NCBI GenBank assembly: GCA_015680685.1
Contig: MNCI01002585.1
Span: forward strand, 390,105-454,104
Direction of reading: 5' to 3'
Length of the DNA stretch: 64,000 bases
From: Gnetum montanum
Taxonomy: Eukaryota; Plantae; Gnetophyta
Each line of letters starts with the position of its first letter. Position 1 is the stretch's first letter. The translations under genes were made by a program, and so were the position numbers. Positions 38,432 through 52,153 of the stretch are shown piece by piece. Under the pieces are notes generated by a model. It made no database searches. It saw only the letters and a list, made by a program, of their open reading frames with translations, and was not told the origin of the DNA.

Positions 38432-39937
38432 TGAAACACCACAAAATTTTGTATGTTATAGCCAATTTTCATTGTGTAACTTTCACCTCATCAAATATGA
38501 GGTTAAAATTTATTGTAAATGTAAAGATTGTAACCCATGAGGGGTAATCTCACATATTCCATACTTTTGAGGTTGAAAATTACCTCATAAGTGATTAAAG
38601 CCTCATTCCCCAAGTGAGAAAAGTCACATAGTGTTTATATTTGGGCTTATTGGGGGGGGGGGGTTGGGGTTTGGGGCGGTTGGGGGGCCTTGTAGGATGT
38701 ACAAAAGGCCTTTTGGAATGCCAAAAATGGAAATTTGATGGGTTTTATGGGGGGTATTCACTTTTCTATGTTGAAAACACATGTAGTGAAGTAAATCTCA
38801 CCTACCCCTAGTGTCGAAGGATGCAGGTTTCTCCCTTAACTTGTAAAATTTCCCCCTCAACATGGAGATTACATGCACATCTTGGAAATCTTTCCTCCTC
38901 AGCGTGGAGCCTCCACATCTAGCATGGAAACTACATGCCCCCAACGTGAAAGCCACAAAAACCAAATTTCAGCACCCCATGCACTCCAACATTGACCAAC
39001 CACTTTAGCAAAGATGGCAAAAAGCTTAGCGTGGAACACTTATCTCCAGCATGAAAGGTGTTCCCCCATTACTATTTATTGTAAATGGAATGACCATGGA
39101 GGAAGGGAACTTACTATGTATAGTAACCCTTTAAATTTGGGCACCCATCTCACTTGTACAATCTAGAAATTTGCAGTTAATTTGCAACCATTGTAAAACC
39201 AAATTACAAGCCAATCATAAATGATGCTTAAGGTTCAATGACTTTTGATGCATATACACTTTTATAGTTCAACAATTTTTCATGATCAACAACTTTTGGT
39301 TCTCACAATTTTTACGATTTCACACTTGGACATTCTCAAGCATTGAACAACTCTTACAATCTCCCATGTTTGCATTTTCTTGAATCCCAGTGTGGAAGCA
39401 TTATAGCCTTGAGACTTGTGAGATTTTGGGGGCCAATGTTGCATTTTTGGGACTCCCAACCCTCATCGTGGAGTAATCTAACACCAAGTTTCTCACTTTT
39501 CTCACCCTCCAATAGTAACCAAAATTGTAGATCTATAGTTTGCAATAGAGGAGATTTGAATGCATCAAGAATGGCTTGGTATTCTAATGCATTAGCTTCA
39601 ATAGGCCTTGAACACTTGCCTTAGTGAACCCTGATTTGCTCTCTCATGGGCATTTATTGTACACATTTTGGAACTCTTCCTTTATTATTTTAATAAAGTT
39701 TTAAAGTTTCATTTTTAGGTGCAATTTGCATTTGTTTTTTTTTGTTCTATAGAGCTGTAATTGTTTTTCATTATTATTTGCATCATTCATTTTGAATTTC
39801 TCAAAGTCCCTAGTTAATCTACCAGAGTGACCAAGGTACTTTGAAGTCCATTTTTTGGAGGCCCTAGGGATTCAGGATTAAGGTTGCTACACTGAATCTA
39901 TCGATTTTTCTAGTGATCAAATTTTCCTATCACAATA
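38432..39937 (+). repeat. 5' LTR of element B
   Basis: Aligns to 58141-59631. Confidence 0.92.
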
Positions 39938-39944
39938 GTTTTCT

Positions 39945-39962
39945 TGGTGCTAGAAGGAGGGC
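39945..39962 (+). promoter_or_regulatory. Putative PBS of element B
   Basis: TGGTGCTAGAAGGAGGGC follows the LTR; same as in element A. Confidence 0.8.
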
Positions 39963-40189
39963 CTTTATTAGATTTCTACATCCAATCCTATGACCATCAT
40001 TACTAATGTTGCCTATCATCCTAAAATTTGCAATTTGTTGCTTCAAAGCCTTTGAATCTTTGTATCAAATAATGTTGCAACCCATTCCCTCTGCAATCAA
40101 AGCCCAGCATGGAAGTTGCAAGTTTGGGTTCTTAAGATTTTCATAGTAGTTACTCTGAATTTCAAGGCCAACATTGACATCCCACCAAA

Positions 40190-41310
40190 ACCTTTAGAAA
40201 ATTAATGCTACCCCTTGTCCCCCATGGCCAAAACTATAGCGTGGAAGTTGCAAGTGGTTGGGTTGGCTTCTCATAGCAACTGAAGTGAATTTTTCAACCC
40301 AAAGCTAGCATTGATACCTTTACCCCTTTTTTATTTTTTGTTGCCACTTTTTTTAGTTTTCAAAGTGGGTGGTGTAATCCTTCCAAAAACCATCAAACTT
40401 CCAGATGTTAGCTTCCCCTCCATCTTTCCTAGCTTAGAGAATCGGTAGCTTGCTAAAACCATTTTTAGTGAAAAAACACCAACTTCCACTTTAGTTGTTA
40501 ACCTTTTCCCCCATCAACATTGGCTTAGAAGGTGTGATATTCTCATCATCTCATCCCCTTCTTTCCCCCCTTGCCATACTTAATGTAGAGGTAGTTGGGA
40601 GGTTAGTGTGGGTAAGGCTAAACACCAACTTTCCCAACTTTCTATTTTTGGTAAAGGGGTAAACCACTATTACCCCCACTTACTAATTATAGAAAGTGCT
40701 CCATTTTCAACCAATCAACAACACTATTTGGTTGTTGTTGCCATTTGCAGGTTTTTTAAAATTTTTTTTGTATCCAAAACCTTTAAAGAATCAATGCTAC
40801 CCCTTCCCCCCTATGAACAAAGTTGCAATGTGGAGGTTGTAGGTGGTTGGGTGGTGGATTTTCACAGCAGTTATGAATTTTTTAGCCCAAGGCCAGCATT
40901 GAAAACTTTCCCCTCCTTTCCCTTTTTCCTACTAATTTCTTTTTCTAGTTTCTAAAGTTGGTGGAGCAACCATTCTGGAAATCAACAAACTTTTAGAAGT
41001 TAGCTTTTCCCCCATCTTTCCAAGTTGGGAATATTAGCACCCTACTAAAGATAAGTTCTAGTGAAGAAAAAGAAAAATAGTAACTTTCCACTTTGGTTTT
41101 CAACCTTTCCCCCATTAACATTGGGTTGAAAGATGTGAGATTCCCATTAGCTCACCCTCCTTCTTTTCCCCCTTGGAATATCTAGTGTAGAGGTAGTTGG
41201 GAGGCCAGTGTGGGTGAGGCTTAATACTAACTTTCATAGCTTTCTATTTTTGGTAAAGTGGGAAAACCACATAACTCTCCACTTAGTAATTGTAGTAAGT
41301 ACTTTATTTT
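40190..41310 (+). repeat. ~590-600 bp tandem duplication in the 5' UTR of B
   Basis: AATGCTACCCCTT at ~40204 and ~40793; GTAGAGGTAGTTGGGAGG at ~40585 and ~41187. Confidence 0.8.
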
Positions 41311-41749
41311 TAGTTGTTTTTTCTTTTTTAAAAACATTTTTGAATTCCATTCGCTCGAATTTACTTCTGTTTTTCCTTTTATAGCTTGTTTTAAGCCATA
41401 TTTGACAAAATAACCATGTCTTTCTAGTATTTCACCAAGTTGCCCCTTACCTTCATTGGTGAAAGTCCTAGCCAACAAGCCATGAGGGTCTATAACCTTA
41501 AAGACCTTACTATCATTGAATGCATGCAGTCTTTGAGGATTAGGGGAAAATGTCTTAATTTTACAACCATAAATGAAGACTGATATAACTTCATTTGTGC
41601 CAAAATACAATCTAGCATGCTGATTCCATGTTTGAAAGCAAAAGCCAAAAGGAAGTTCAAACTCATCCACTATAATGGTAAGGAGTACATCCCTTCCCCT
41701 TATGACCAAATACCTCTAATTGATATTTATGTTGGTATCTTAGCCCAAG

Positions 41750-44700
41750 TGATTGAGATGGAGGAGGAAGAGGAAAAATATAGCTAAGAGGAACAAAAGG
41801 AAGAGGAGGATGAATTTAGAGTAGAATCTGAGCCCAAAAAGATCCTAGGAAGATTATTTCAACAAGTAATCCCCAAGGCTAGCAAGCCTTTCCCTCATGC
41901 CTTCATTTTCTCCATGGGCATGGTACCACCATGTTCCACTCCCTGCTACCCTACCATGGCTGACCCCATGTTGGTCATAGTCATGCATCAAACTCAATTA
42001 ATTTCATAACCCATCTATGCTGTTGGCCACATAGGCTCAATCCATACCATCTTTTATGATGGTTTTCATCACCATAAATTCATAAACTACCCATATAGGA
42101 TCCACAATGGGACCTCAAGCAACTCAAGGGTTAGACACCCCTTTTATTCCATTTGTGCCTTAGGTACTAGCACAAACATCCTTTTCCTTATTTGGTCCAC
42201 AAGCTAGGACCATGACATAACCTCTTTCTTCCATCCTACAATCCATAGCAAGGACAAAGTCCTTACAATAGATGCCATAATCATATGTGCAAACCTTGCA
42301 ACCAATAGAGCCACCACATGATCTAGGTTAAGCCTTCTAGATGATCCAAGACTTGATAGAGGAATTGAAGAGGCTTAAAGCCTCTACTTCATAAAATGTC
42401 AAGATTATGAACTTCTACAAGGATGATCCCATTGGTCCTATTGTCCCATCCTTAAGACTCCCTCCTAGTGTCCCTATTCCTAATGCTTACCTTATAACCT
42501 TTAGATCCTAATGCTTACGATTGCAGTTGTGGCCTCATACCATCATGAGGATTTTCCCTATGTCCTTGATTAGGATAGCACTTGATTGGTACCACGCACT
42601 ACCTAGAGGATCCATATCCTCTCTGGAGGACTTGATAGTCCAATTTTTTGGCTACTTTAAGTATAAGTTGAAGTCCGACACCATGCTTAATCAACTCATG
42701 AAGGTCAAGCAAGGATCCCTTGAACCCATGCAGAAATTTATTCAATGGTGGAATGGAGTACTAAATGAAATACCAAAACCCATCGTTGAGGCCTAATTTT
42801 TAGTCATATTCAAGAGGATAGTGAATGGCTTTATCAAGTCCAAGCTCTACTACCTTAACCCATGGTCCCTCAGCCAAGCATTTTCCCAAACCAAGAATAT
42901 AGAGGATGCTGTGGAGGCCAATCATGATCCAACCTACATAGCATATAAAAATCAAAATACATAGAGATACAAAGAGAAAGCAAACAAAATAATGTGATTG
43001 TAGTAACCATGACCAAAGAAGAAAAGATAACAAACCAAGGGCCAAGGACCAACTCACCCAAGGCTCCCACTAATGATCGTAATAACCGACCTTCCACCTA
43101 TAGGGTCACCACATCAACAACAACTAGATATAATTTTGAGAGGAAGGATAGGTCTAAATAAATTTCCTTACTACTAAAGCCATCCAAGTTGTTGGACCAA
43201 GTGCTGAAGAGTGGGTGCATGCAATATGAATAGATGATCAAAACTTCTTGAGAGAAACATGAGTAACTATGTGAAATAGCCAAAGACACATCTTGAGTAA
43301 CAAAGGATGATCCAAAACTACCTAAGTACTTCAAAATAGATTGCTTTTTCCATTATCACCAACTACTTGTTCATGACATAGACTTTTGCTTTGCATTGAA
43401 GTATAACTTGCAAAGGATGATAGATAGTGGGGAGCTACTCTTAGATGCTTCCAAATTAGTACAGATGAAAAATTAATTGATGAAAGTCTATAGAGAACCG
43501 TTGAATGCTAATGACAACCCTTACATTATTTTTGCATTCAACATTACTAATGATCGAGAATCCCCAAGAGAACCATTCGTGATTCAAGTACCCCCTTGAA
43601 ATGGAAGGGCTTCTTTAGCTTCCACCAACTTAAGATCCCCCTTCATAGTATCATCCTAAATGCCTCTGAGGGAACCTTTTGTCACCAGGGTCCCCCAACC
43701 TAACACAACCCAAGCAACTGTAGCCTAACCAACTACACAATGACCTCCCGTGGGGGTTAATGCTACTGCCTCTTCTTTACAACCAATGATTGACAACTAG
43801 AAAACTTCAACTAAGTAAAAGAAGAAACACAAGTAAAAGCCTAGCAACAAGGGTGACAAGTAGATAGAGGCATGAAAGGAAGTGCCCACTGAAACCCACT
43901 TCCCTTTCAGCTATACCCATGACCTCCTTTGCCCAACCCATTTTAACCAACAAGCCACAAAAGGACACCAAAAACCATAACTAGAAGAATGAGGAAAAGC
44001 CCAAATAACCACAACCTTAAGTTGAAGTTTGCATTTTTGGGTGCATGCAGGAAGTGAAGCACAACTAGGGTGATAAGCCAACAATCAACGATAAAAATTC
44101 CTTAGTGCAATGGATTAGGTTAGATAATATCTTAAGCAAATGAATGCAACTTTGAGCTTATATAACTTTATCATGACTTCTGCCATAGATTGTGAGGTGT
44201 TAGTGAAAATGTTAACTTCCATCCTCATGAGTGAGGATGTCCTTGTTAATGAGGAAGCCATCCATGCAATAATGGTTCCTCCATCACCAAGGGAGGAGAG
44301 GTCAACATACCTAGTATTTTATGATAGTGAAATCAAGGGTGACCCTTAAAATGGAAAAGTAACTAGGGCTCCTATATTCATAACCATAGATGTAGGGTAG
44401 TTTAAAGTACATTGAATGCATGTTGATGATGGAACTGCAACTAATGTCATCCCATGTACCATTGTTGAATGGTTGGGCCTAATTGAGTATATACAGCCTA
44501 CATCAACTACAACTCTCAAATCCTTTAATGGATTAAGGGTTTTTGTGAAGGGGTCTATCTCCTTGGACTTTGTGCTAGGGGAGAAATTCCCCATAATTAC
44601 AAATTTCTTAGTGGTGGAGGAGATACTAGGGTTCAATCTGATCCTGGGAAGACCATGGTTGGCTTAATTATAGGTTGTGTCCTCACCCATTGAGCAAGAA

Positions 44701-44990
44701 ATTCATCTTCCTTATGAGGAAGGTGAAATCATCATTCATGATGATAACATGATTCCCTTGGTTGTCAATAATATAAACATAGAGTAGGGGTTTGAGGTGG
44801 AGCTTCAGGAGAAAACTCCCAATCATGAAGTCCATCAACCTAAGCGAGAGCAAAAACCCAATGATGACAATGATAAGCAACAAGATGCGTTATGGGATGA
44901 ACTCCCTTTTAACATCATTAGTGAAGGTGATGGTGAATAAAAAATTATGCAAAGTAGATCTTACTCATTCCCTAATCTTTCAAAGATTAG
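41750..44990 (+). pseudogene. gag-protease of element B
   Basis: RIFPMSL..ALDWYHALPRGSI gag core; protease MHVDDGTATNVIP and FNLILGRPWL; collinear with element A. Confidence 0.88.
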
Positions 44991-45821
44991 TAAGAATCTA
45001 CACAAGTGAAGTACACATTAACCTTCTCATGCCCTTATAACTAGATGCATTGATAGTCATGTGTCTAATTTGCTATATGTTTTTATATACTTTGTTTTAC
45101 TCTTTGCGCATGTAGCCTAACTTTCTAATCTTATTTGCATTTTTACTTATTTACTTTTACTCATGTTATGAACAAGCTAAAAGCCTTAACAAACTTTAAA
45201 ACATAAAATTGTAAAAAATATATGTTTCTTTGTTAATATGGCCCACCATGGCCTTAAACTAAAAAACAATACAACATGGCTTAGTAAGGCCTAAAACTAA
45301 CAAAACCTAATAATTTTTTTACCTATGTTAGCTAAATTTCACCATATGTAGCCTGTTTTACTTGATTTTGGCCTTATTACATGATGCTTTGACTTGTTTC
45401 AGCCTGGTGTTGCATTGTCAACCTTCTTCATCTTATTGTGGCCTTTATGTAGCCTTATATTCTCTTTATTTTCCTTTTTCTAGCCTTTGATTAGTATCAA
45501 ATAGTGAGGTTTGATCTTTCTTGATCATCATTTGATACCATGTGACCATGGCCCACTAAGGCCTTAAACTAGCATCCTAGCCTACCAAGGCCTAAAATTG
45601 GCAAAATCATAATCTTTGTTGACCATTTTTAGCCTTATTTCACATGCTTCCCCTTTCTTGAGCTTTATTTGACCTTTATTATGCTTTGTTGACTTGTCCT
45701 TACCCTTTTTATAGCCTTTGATGATCTTGTTTGCATTAGATTTTCATAATTTTATAACATTTAGCATTGTTTTTTCATTTTTACCCAGATGCCACTTAAT
45801 ATACTTTTGGTTGACATGCAG

Positions 45822-46530
45822 AATCAAAGTTTGAGTACTTGGGAGCAAATTAGTTTGCCTTTGTATCTATATGGACCTCATGGTGACGTTGAATGGTGTA
45901 TCAACCCTGATTGCCTAGATCTTGAGCTTGAGAGTCTTGTTGACCATGTTGTCTTGATAGAAAAATCCTTAGAATGGCCTGAAAACCTAGTTAAAACCCT
46001 TGACTTAGAGGTAAGTGACATAATTGAAGGCTCTCTAGTTGAGGTTCTGGTCATAACACACAATGTTGAGGAGAAAAGCCTTAAACTAAGTTTCTCATTG
46101 AAACCTCAATAGGCTCAAGACATCACCAAGGTCCTGCAAAGCAACATTAAAGTATTTGCCTAGTCATATGAAGATATGCTAGGCCTAAACTCATATTTAG
46201 TCTAGCACAACATCATACTAGACCTTAGCATTAGACTGATTAAGCAAAATATGCGCAAGATTAGACTTGATTTGGCCTTTGCAGTTTGTGATGAGATTTG
46301 AATGCTCTACCAAGCTAGTTTCATTAGGGCTGTTAACTACACAGGATGGGTGTCCAACATAGTAGTAGTCCCTAGGGAAAATAGGAGTATCTATATTTAT
46401 ATAAATTTTCAAGTCCTAAATAAAGCAACTATCAAAGATAACTTCCCTTTTGCTAGTATTGATCAACTTATTGATACTATGATTAGACATGCTTTGTTGT
46501 CCTTGATGGATGGATTCTCATGATAGAACC
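45822..46530 (+). pseudogene. pol of element B, 5' part (RT up to LMDGFS)
   Basis: WVSNIVVV, LNKATIKDNFP and LMDGFS, then interrupted by D. Confidence 0.9.
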
Positions 46531-47496
46531 TGATGGGTGGCGAGGTACCCCTACACTCAACCATACAAATATGAGCATTTCACACATGATCCGGTCGAAC
46601 TTTGCAGACGGGCTAGTTGTGGTATCTAGACTGTTACTCTTAGATCGCAGTTCGCTATCTTCCCACCTAGACTAGTATTAGCTTTGTCACGTATGGTTTA
46701 GTCGAGAGTGAGGTGTATGATGTGTTCCTATACTAATGCTACTCCTAGAGTTAGTGGAAAATATCTTTAATTAAGCAAAGAGGAAAGGGAGAGAGAATCT
46801 AAACTAGCTTAAGTATGATGAGCATTTGTTCCTTAATCATCTGTACACATCTTGGGCCTCATGCACAACTACCACTGGGATTACCAAGTGCATGGCCTAA
46901 GTACACTACTGGGTTACCAAGTAGTCACACTTAAATGCTCATGATTAAGTCATACTCATTTCGCGTTACTAGGAGATAAGGGTGAAGAGATATTAATTAA
47001 GAAAGTAGTAAATAATAATTAAATAAATAATTAATTAAGTTAAGTGGATGCTGCAATGATGAAGTAATCTCGATCTTTATTGTTGGTCATGTGCATGTCC
47101 AAGTACATCACACTCAAATAAGAATGCCATATAATTACAATCACCACATTGCGGGCATGCACTGGGAGAAAAGGGTTGAGAGAGGAACTACTTTAAACTT
47201 AACACTTAAAAAAAACTCTAGAAACTAAAAACTTTAAAAACTGCCTACCAGATCTATCTACCTCTTATTTATAGATGAGGAGACAAGCTACGATATCATG
47301 GCCAACAAAATGATAACTCATCATACCCCCACAACTGAATGAAAACTCGTCCTCGAGTTACAGTGAGGACAATCTTCATTGATTACATAGTGGATAGGTA
47401 TGGGATTATTGACTTGTGAGAATGGGTTCATGCCATAATGTGGAATCAAAATAAAATTAAGACACAACACAAAGAATGCAAAAGAAAATCCTATAG

Positions 47497-50324
47497 CTAC
47501 AAATTGATAGAACTCATGTAGTTCTTGATGGTGGTGGCTCCTCCATGGGTGTCTTTCCCTTGTTTTGTGCTCCAGGTCTTGGGACTTGATGGCATTGAAG
47601 TATGGCCTGGGGTTTCTCCTCTTTGGTTCAGGGATCCTATGCCGTCCATGCTAATGTTCCAATGTTTGATGAAGTCAGCACCTCCCATGGGCAGGGTAAT
47701 TGCGGAAACATTTTGTTTGCCTTGACATACCAAGCCGCAAATACCCATCATTTCTCCTCATAGGCTCTAGCTTTGTCTTTGTATTCTTGAAAATCTGCAA
47801 GCCATCAAGCCAAGTCTATTGTGACACCTTTTTCTCCTTGGTAGCTTGCTTTAACCACCTCAAGTTTAGAATTTGAAATCTCCAGTTTTTGCAATATCTT
47901 CTTGTGTTTTGCAATTTCTGTTTCATATTTGGTGTAGGTGGTGGCTACTTGTTTCTCGAGCTCTGTTCTTAGGCACCTTGTTGTTAACATGGCAAGGTTT
48001 GCATACTGCAGGTTTGCCAAATCCATGTATTCTATAAGGTCTTGGATCTGCACGCCCAAGTTCTTAACTTTTGCCTAGTGGGAAAATGCATATGTGTTCA
48101 ATATGGCCCACCAGTCATTGTGTTAAGCACTAATAGCGTTGATGTGGGCCTTGGCCATATGGATCTCCTTCTCAATGATCTATTTATACATCCCCACCTG
48201 GTCCCAGAAGTGCTCCTTTAGCTTTTCATGCCATTTAGCCTCATTCTACCACATGCTTATTTCAATATCTGTCTTTTGGTGGATGGCATGTACCTCCTTC
48301 ATTGAGAGGGTTTGATTCTCTCTGGCTAAACAGTTCATGTCTTAGTTGACCCGAATGAGTTGTTCTCGTAACTAATGAAAATGTTCTTTAAGAAAATTCT
48401 TTTACTTTTCCACAGAGGTTAACCAAAGGTTGTCAGCAACAAGCTACTTATTTTCCTCTTGTAAGGCTTTGAGTGTCTTGGTATGCTCATAAGTTTGTGC
48501 TTGTGCTATAGAGGCATCCCAAATAGGCTTCTCTTTTTCTTCTACCACCTTCTTATTCTCTATCAGTAATTTAGTCAGTTTCTTAGTTTTGAAAATGTCC
48601 AGCTGGTTTGTGGGAACAAATTTCAAAGGATCTTGCTATGCTGCTTGTAGGGCTACGAGCCTTTCTTGTAATTTTTACACCTCTGCTTCAGCGTGCTCAA
48701 CCCTCATCTCTGTCAAGACCAGCTTTCCCTTGGTGGAAATGAGGTCTGATTGAATTACTGTAACATTCTGAGGGATGTTAAATAGGGACTTCATTACCTA
48801 CCCCATTTGTAGCAATCGATCAAGTACATCCTCATGTTCCATAGGAGTCATTGAGGTTCCAATGAGAGTTTGAGCATCCCGTGCTCCTATAAGGTTTACT
48901 GGTAGCATAAAAGGTACATTGAATGATTCTTTAATGTGGTTTGTGACCACTTCTGTGGCTTCTACTACATCATGGTGTTGCATGACCACCACTGTGGCTC
49001 CTTTACCAATTTCTAATTGCACTTGAAAAGATGCAGCATTCCCTGAGATTTGTTGTGACCAAGTGCTCTCCCCTCCTCCTGTATGGATGGACACTTCACC
49101 CCTTGCATGATCCAAAGAAACCATGGGCTTCATGGCATCGTTGATTACGCGAAAGAGATTTGCATCATCATGACTTCCCCAACTAACCGTCTCACTGATG
49201 GCCCTGAGATGGCTCATCGATGGTCTGTAATCTTGCGGTAGTGGTGGTTGATCTTGGCCTGTGCTAGGCCCTGCTTCCTATTGTTGGCTGGGTCCCGTAC
49301 TTGGAAGTTGGCTGGGTCCTTCAAGTTGAGTTACAGTTGGCCCTATCGTCTATTCTTTTTCTTGTTATGGTCTCAGCATTTCACCAGTAATTTTCCTTAT
49401 GGCTAGTGGCTTTAGAAATTTAGCATATGAAGCATTTTGGGCTTTTTAGAGGACATCATTGGTGTATCCTCTGATACTAGCACGTCGGCATAGCCTTCTG
49501 ATAAGGCAAGGGGGGTAACACCATCTTCCTTGTCTTCCGTTCCTCAAACCACCTCAGGATCTCTGTGAAGTATAGATGAGGCAGGTCAACATTAATCTTT
49601 CCCATCAATACTACACATCCCCTTGCTGCATATGTTGAAATTCTTTTTAAGCCCTTCATGGGGAAGAGGTGATAAGTTCCAATTTTGAAATAGATCCTCT
49701 CTTCCTTCGTCAACTCTCCAAACATCCTATCCTCATTGCCATATGTCCTTTCCAACCAAACTCTTCGTGCATTAGGGTCTGAATGGGTAGACAACTGATC
49801 AACCTTTGGCCCTATATTCAGAAGGTTTAATGCTTCTGAAATGGCCTAAATAGAGAAATCTACTGTCACACCATAAATGTTAATCGTGGTGCCTTATTCT
49901 CTGTTGTGCCAAAATTGGTACGTTTCCCCTAAGTACCAAGCACCGATTTTAGAGAGGATAGGCCATAATGGGGATCCTTTGAGGTGATCCCTAATGGCCT
50001 CTGGAGAAAAATCTGTGAAAGATTCAAAATTTAATTCCATAATCACCGTAGTGAATGTGGACCTTTCGTGGATAGCCTAAACATAATCCTGGGGCAACGT
50101 GAGATGTTGTCCCTATTCAGGAGCTGCCATAGCTCCTCCTTCTACCTACCTTGATTGTACAGTAGCAGGGTTTTCTTGGTGAATGCTAAATGATTGTTCC
50201 TCCTTCTCTGCATGTTGTCCAGTAGGGACTTGTCCTTCACCTCTCCTAGGTCGTTTGCTCCCACCTTGAGTAGGACCTTCTTGTTGTCTGCGTTTCGGGG
50301 CCATTTGTAATCACACGGGGCCAA
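47497..50324 (-). pseudogene. Athila-like ORF2 (plant-transposon-protein-like N-terminus, coiled-coil C-terminus)
   Basis: Chain of same-strand ORF fragments 50324-47497; INIYGVTVDFSI..AISEAL and INVDLPHLYF motifs; homologue at 12540-14256. Confidence 0.75.
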
Positions 50325-50756
50325 TCATTAGTAAGGTTGTTTTCGAAGTTAGGTTATACCTTACTACTTTCCTTAATGAATTTATTTTATCATCGTGTGA
50401 TGTTTCCCAAAAGATTATAATAATGAGTCCTTTTTACTTAGGTGGTTTCCAAATTTAGTTTCCTGGTATAACTAAGGGGATGAAATTATTTTTGCCACAT
50501 TTTTTCTTAATGTTATAACTAATTACCCCTGATAATGTCCTTTGGGCAATGATAAATTTCAAAAAAGTTATGCTCTATTCGACGTGTGCCCCTCCCCCAT
50601 GACTAAGCTGAACACTCTAGGTTCAAGTAGGTTTAGATGAAATGAAAATCAAAGGACCAGCGAGCAAGATATAGGTATGAAAGCAAGGGACGTGCAATAG
50701 CAAGTCATAGAGAGAAATTTGAAAAACTCCCCTGCGTGAATAGTTGAAAATGATGG

Positions 50757-50777
50757 NNNNNNNNNNNNNNNNNNNNN
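50757..50777. other. Assembly gap (N run)
   Basis: 21 N. Confidence 1.
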
Positions 50778-52153
50778 GCGACCTATCGATAATTAAGGCA
50801 CAACACAATATATCAAATTTTAAGATTTTTTTGAAATTAACAATGTATACTAAGGACATGTGGACAAGTGTTAAAAGGTGCTAGGGTAATTTAACTAGTT
50901 CTAAAGGAACGAAGAATTATGTGTGGGTGGAATTGATCAATAAGGGCCTCAGGTGGTAAGGGAGAGAAAAAGGTCATGTGATAGTTCATAGGAACGTTGG
51001 AATTCGGAGGGATAGTAATAAGGGAAAGAATACCATTGAAAATACATTGAGGGTAATACATGGTGTGTGAGAGATGTGTTATGAGTAAAAATTACAAAAA
51101 AATTACGTAAGTGGGTCCTCCCCAAAGTAGGTTCCAACCTATAATTCCCTTACGTAACCACACTTAAAAGTGTCTATGGGCACTCGAAGGGTTAAATGTA
51201 ATCCACACTGGTTCCACAAAACACACACATGTAAGTATCATTGGATTGAGGTCGAAATTCTACGCTACACAAGACATGAGCTACAATTACATGAACAGTG
51301 AGATGAACTGGTGTATAGAAGGGATTGTAGAGATTGGGACATGAGGTAACTGACTGAGGGCATAGTGAATCCTATGTGTAAAGCATGATTAATGTGTCAT
51401 TAACCCGTCGTTCCAAGATCAGGACCAAGTCCATTCCTCTAATCAGTGACACCAAATTGTTTCATTCCATGATGAGTGACTATGAGAGTACCATAACAAC
51501 AAGGTGTATGATTACTTGGCATTTTGTTCAAGGGAGGAGTGATTTTTGCTTTGTGACACTTCTTCTTCTTCTTCTTTTTTGATTGTTGAATCCAGAGAAG
51601 CCACCAACCTTTAGGCATGGGTACATGTCTTTCCAGTGGGACCCCCTAGAACAACATTGTATTTTTGAGTGCCCTTTTAATTACTCTTACTCCCATTTTT
51701 CGTTAGATCTACAAGGATCTTAGTACAACCATGTTGCATGATAACTCCCACAAAAATCACCAAAGAGAATCCACAAGTCCCCTTGATGTGACACCCTAAT
51801 CATTCCCTTTTGATCCATCCTTCTTCATTTTGGGTACAATGAACATAAAATTAATTTTAAGTTTTAAGAATGTAAAGAATATCACTGTACGTTCGAATAG
51901 AACCTCTTATTGGTAGAATGGATGAGTGGGTGTAATGGGCTCACTGTCCAAATAATTGATCGTTCGAGACTCGATAACATAGAACACACCTCAACTAACG
52001 AGCCACATGAGTGTTTTATTCATAGATTATATTACTTGTAAAAAGATAAAAAGATAAAAAGACAAAGATAAAACAAGAAATTAAAAGAGGAAAAACTGGA
52101 AAAAAATTGTAAAGTTAAAGAAAATGAAAAATATTTATTAATCTTGCTTGTCA

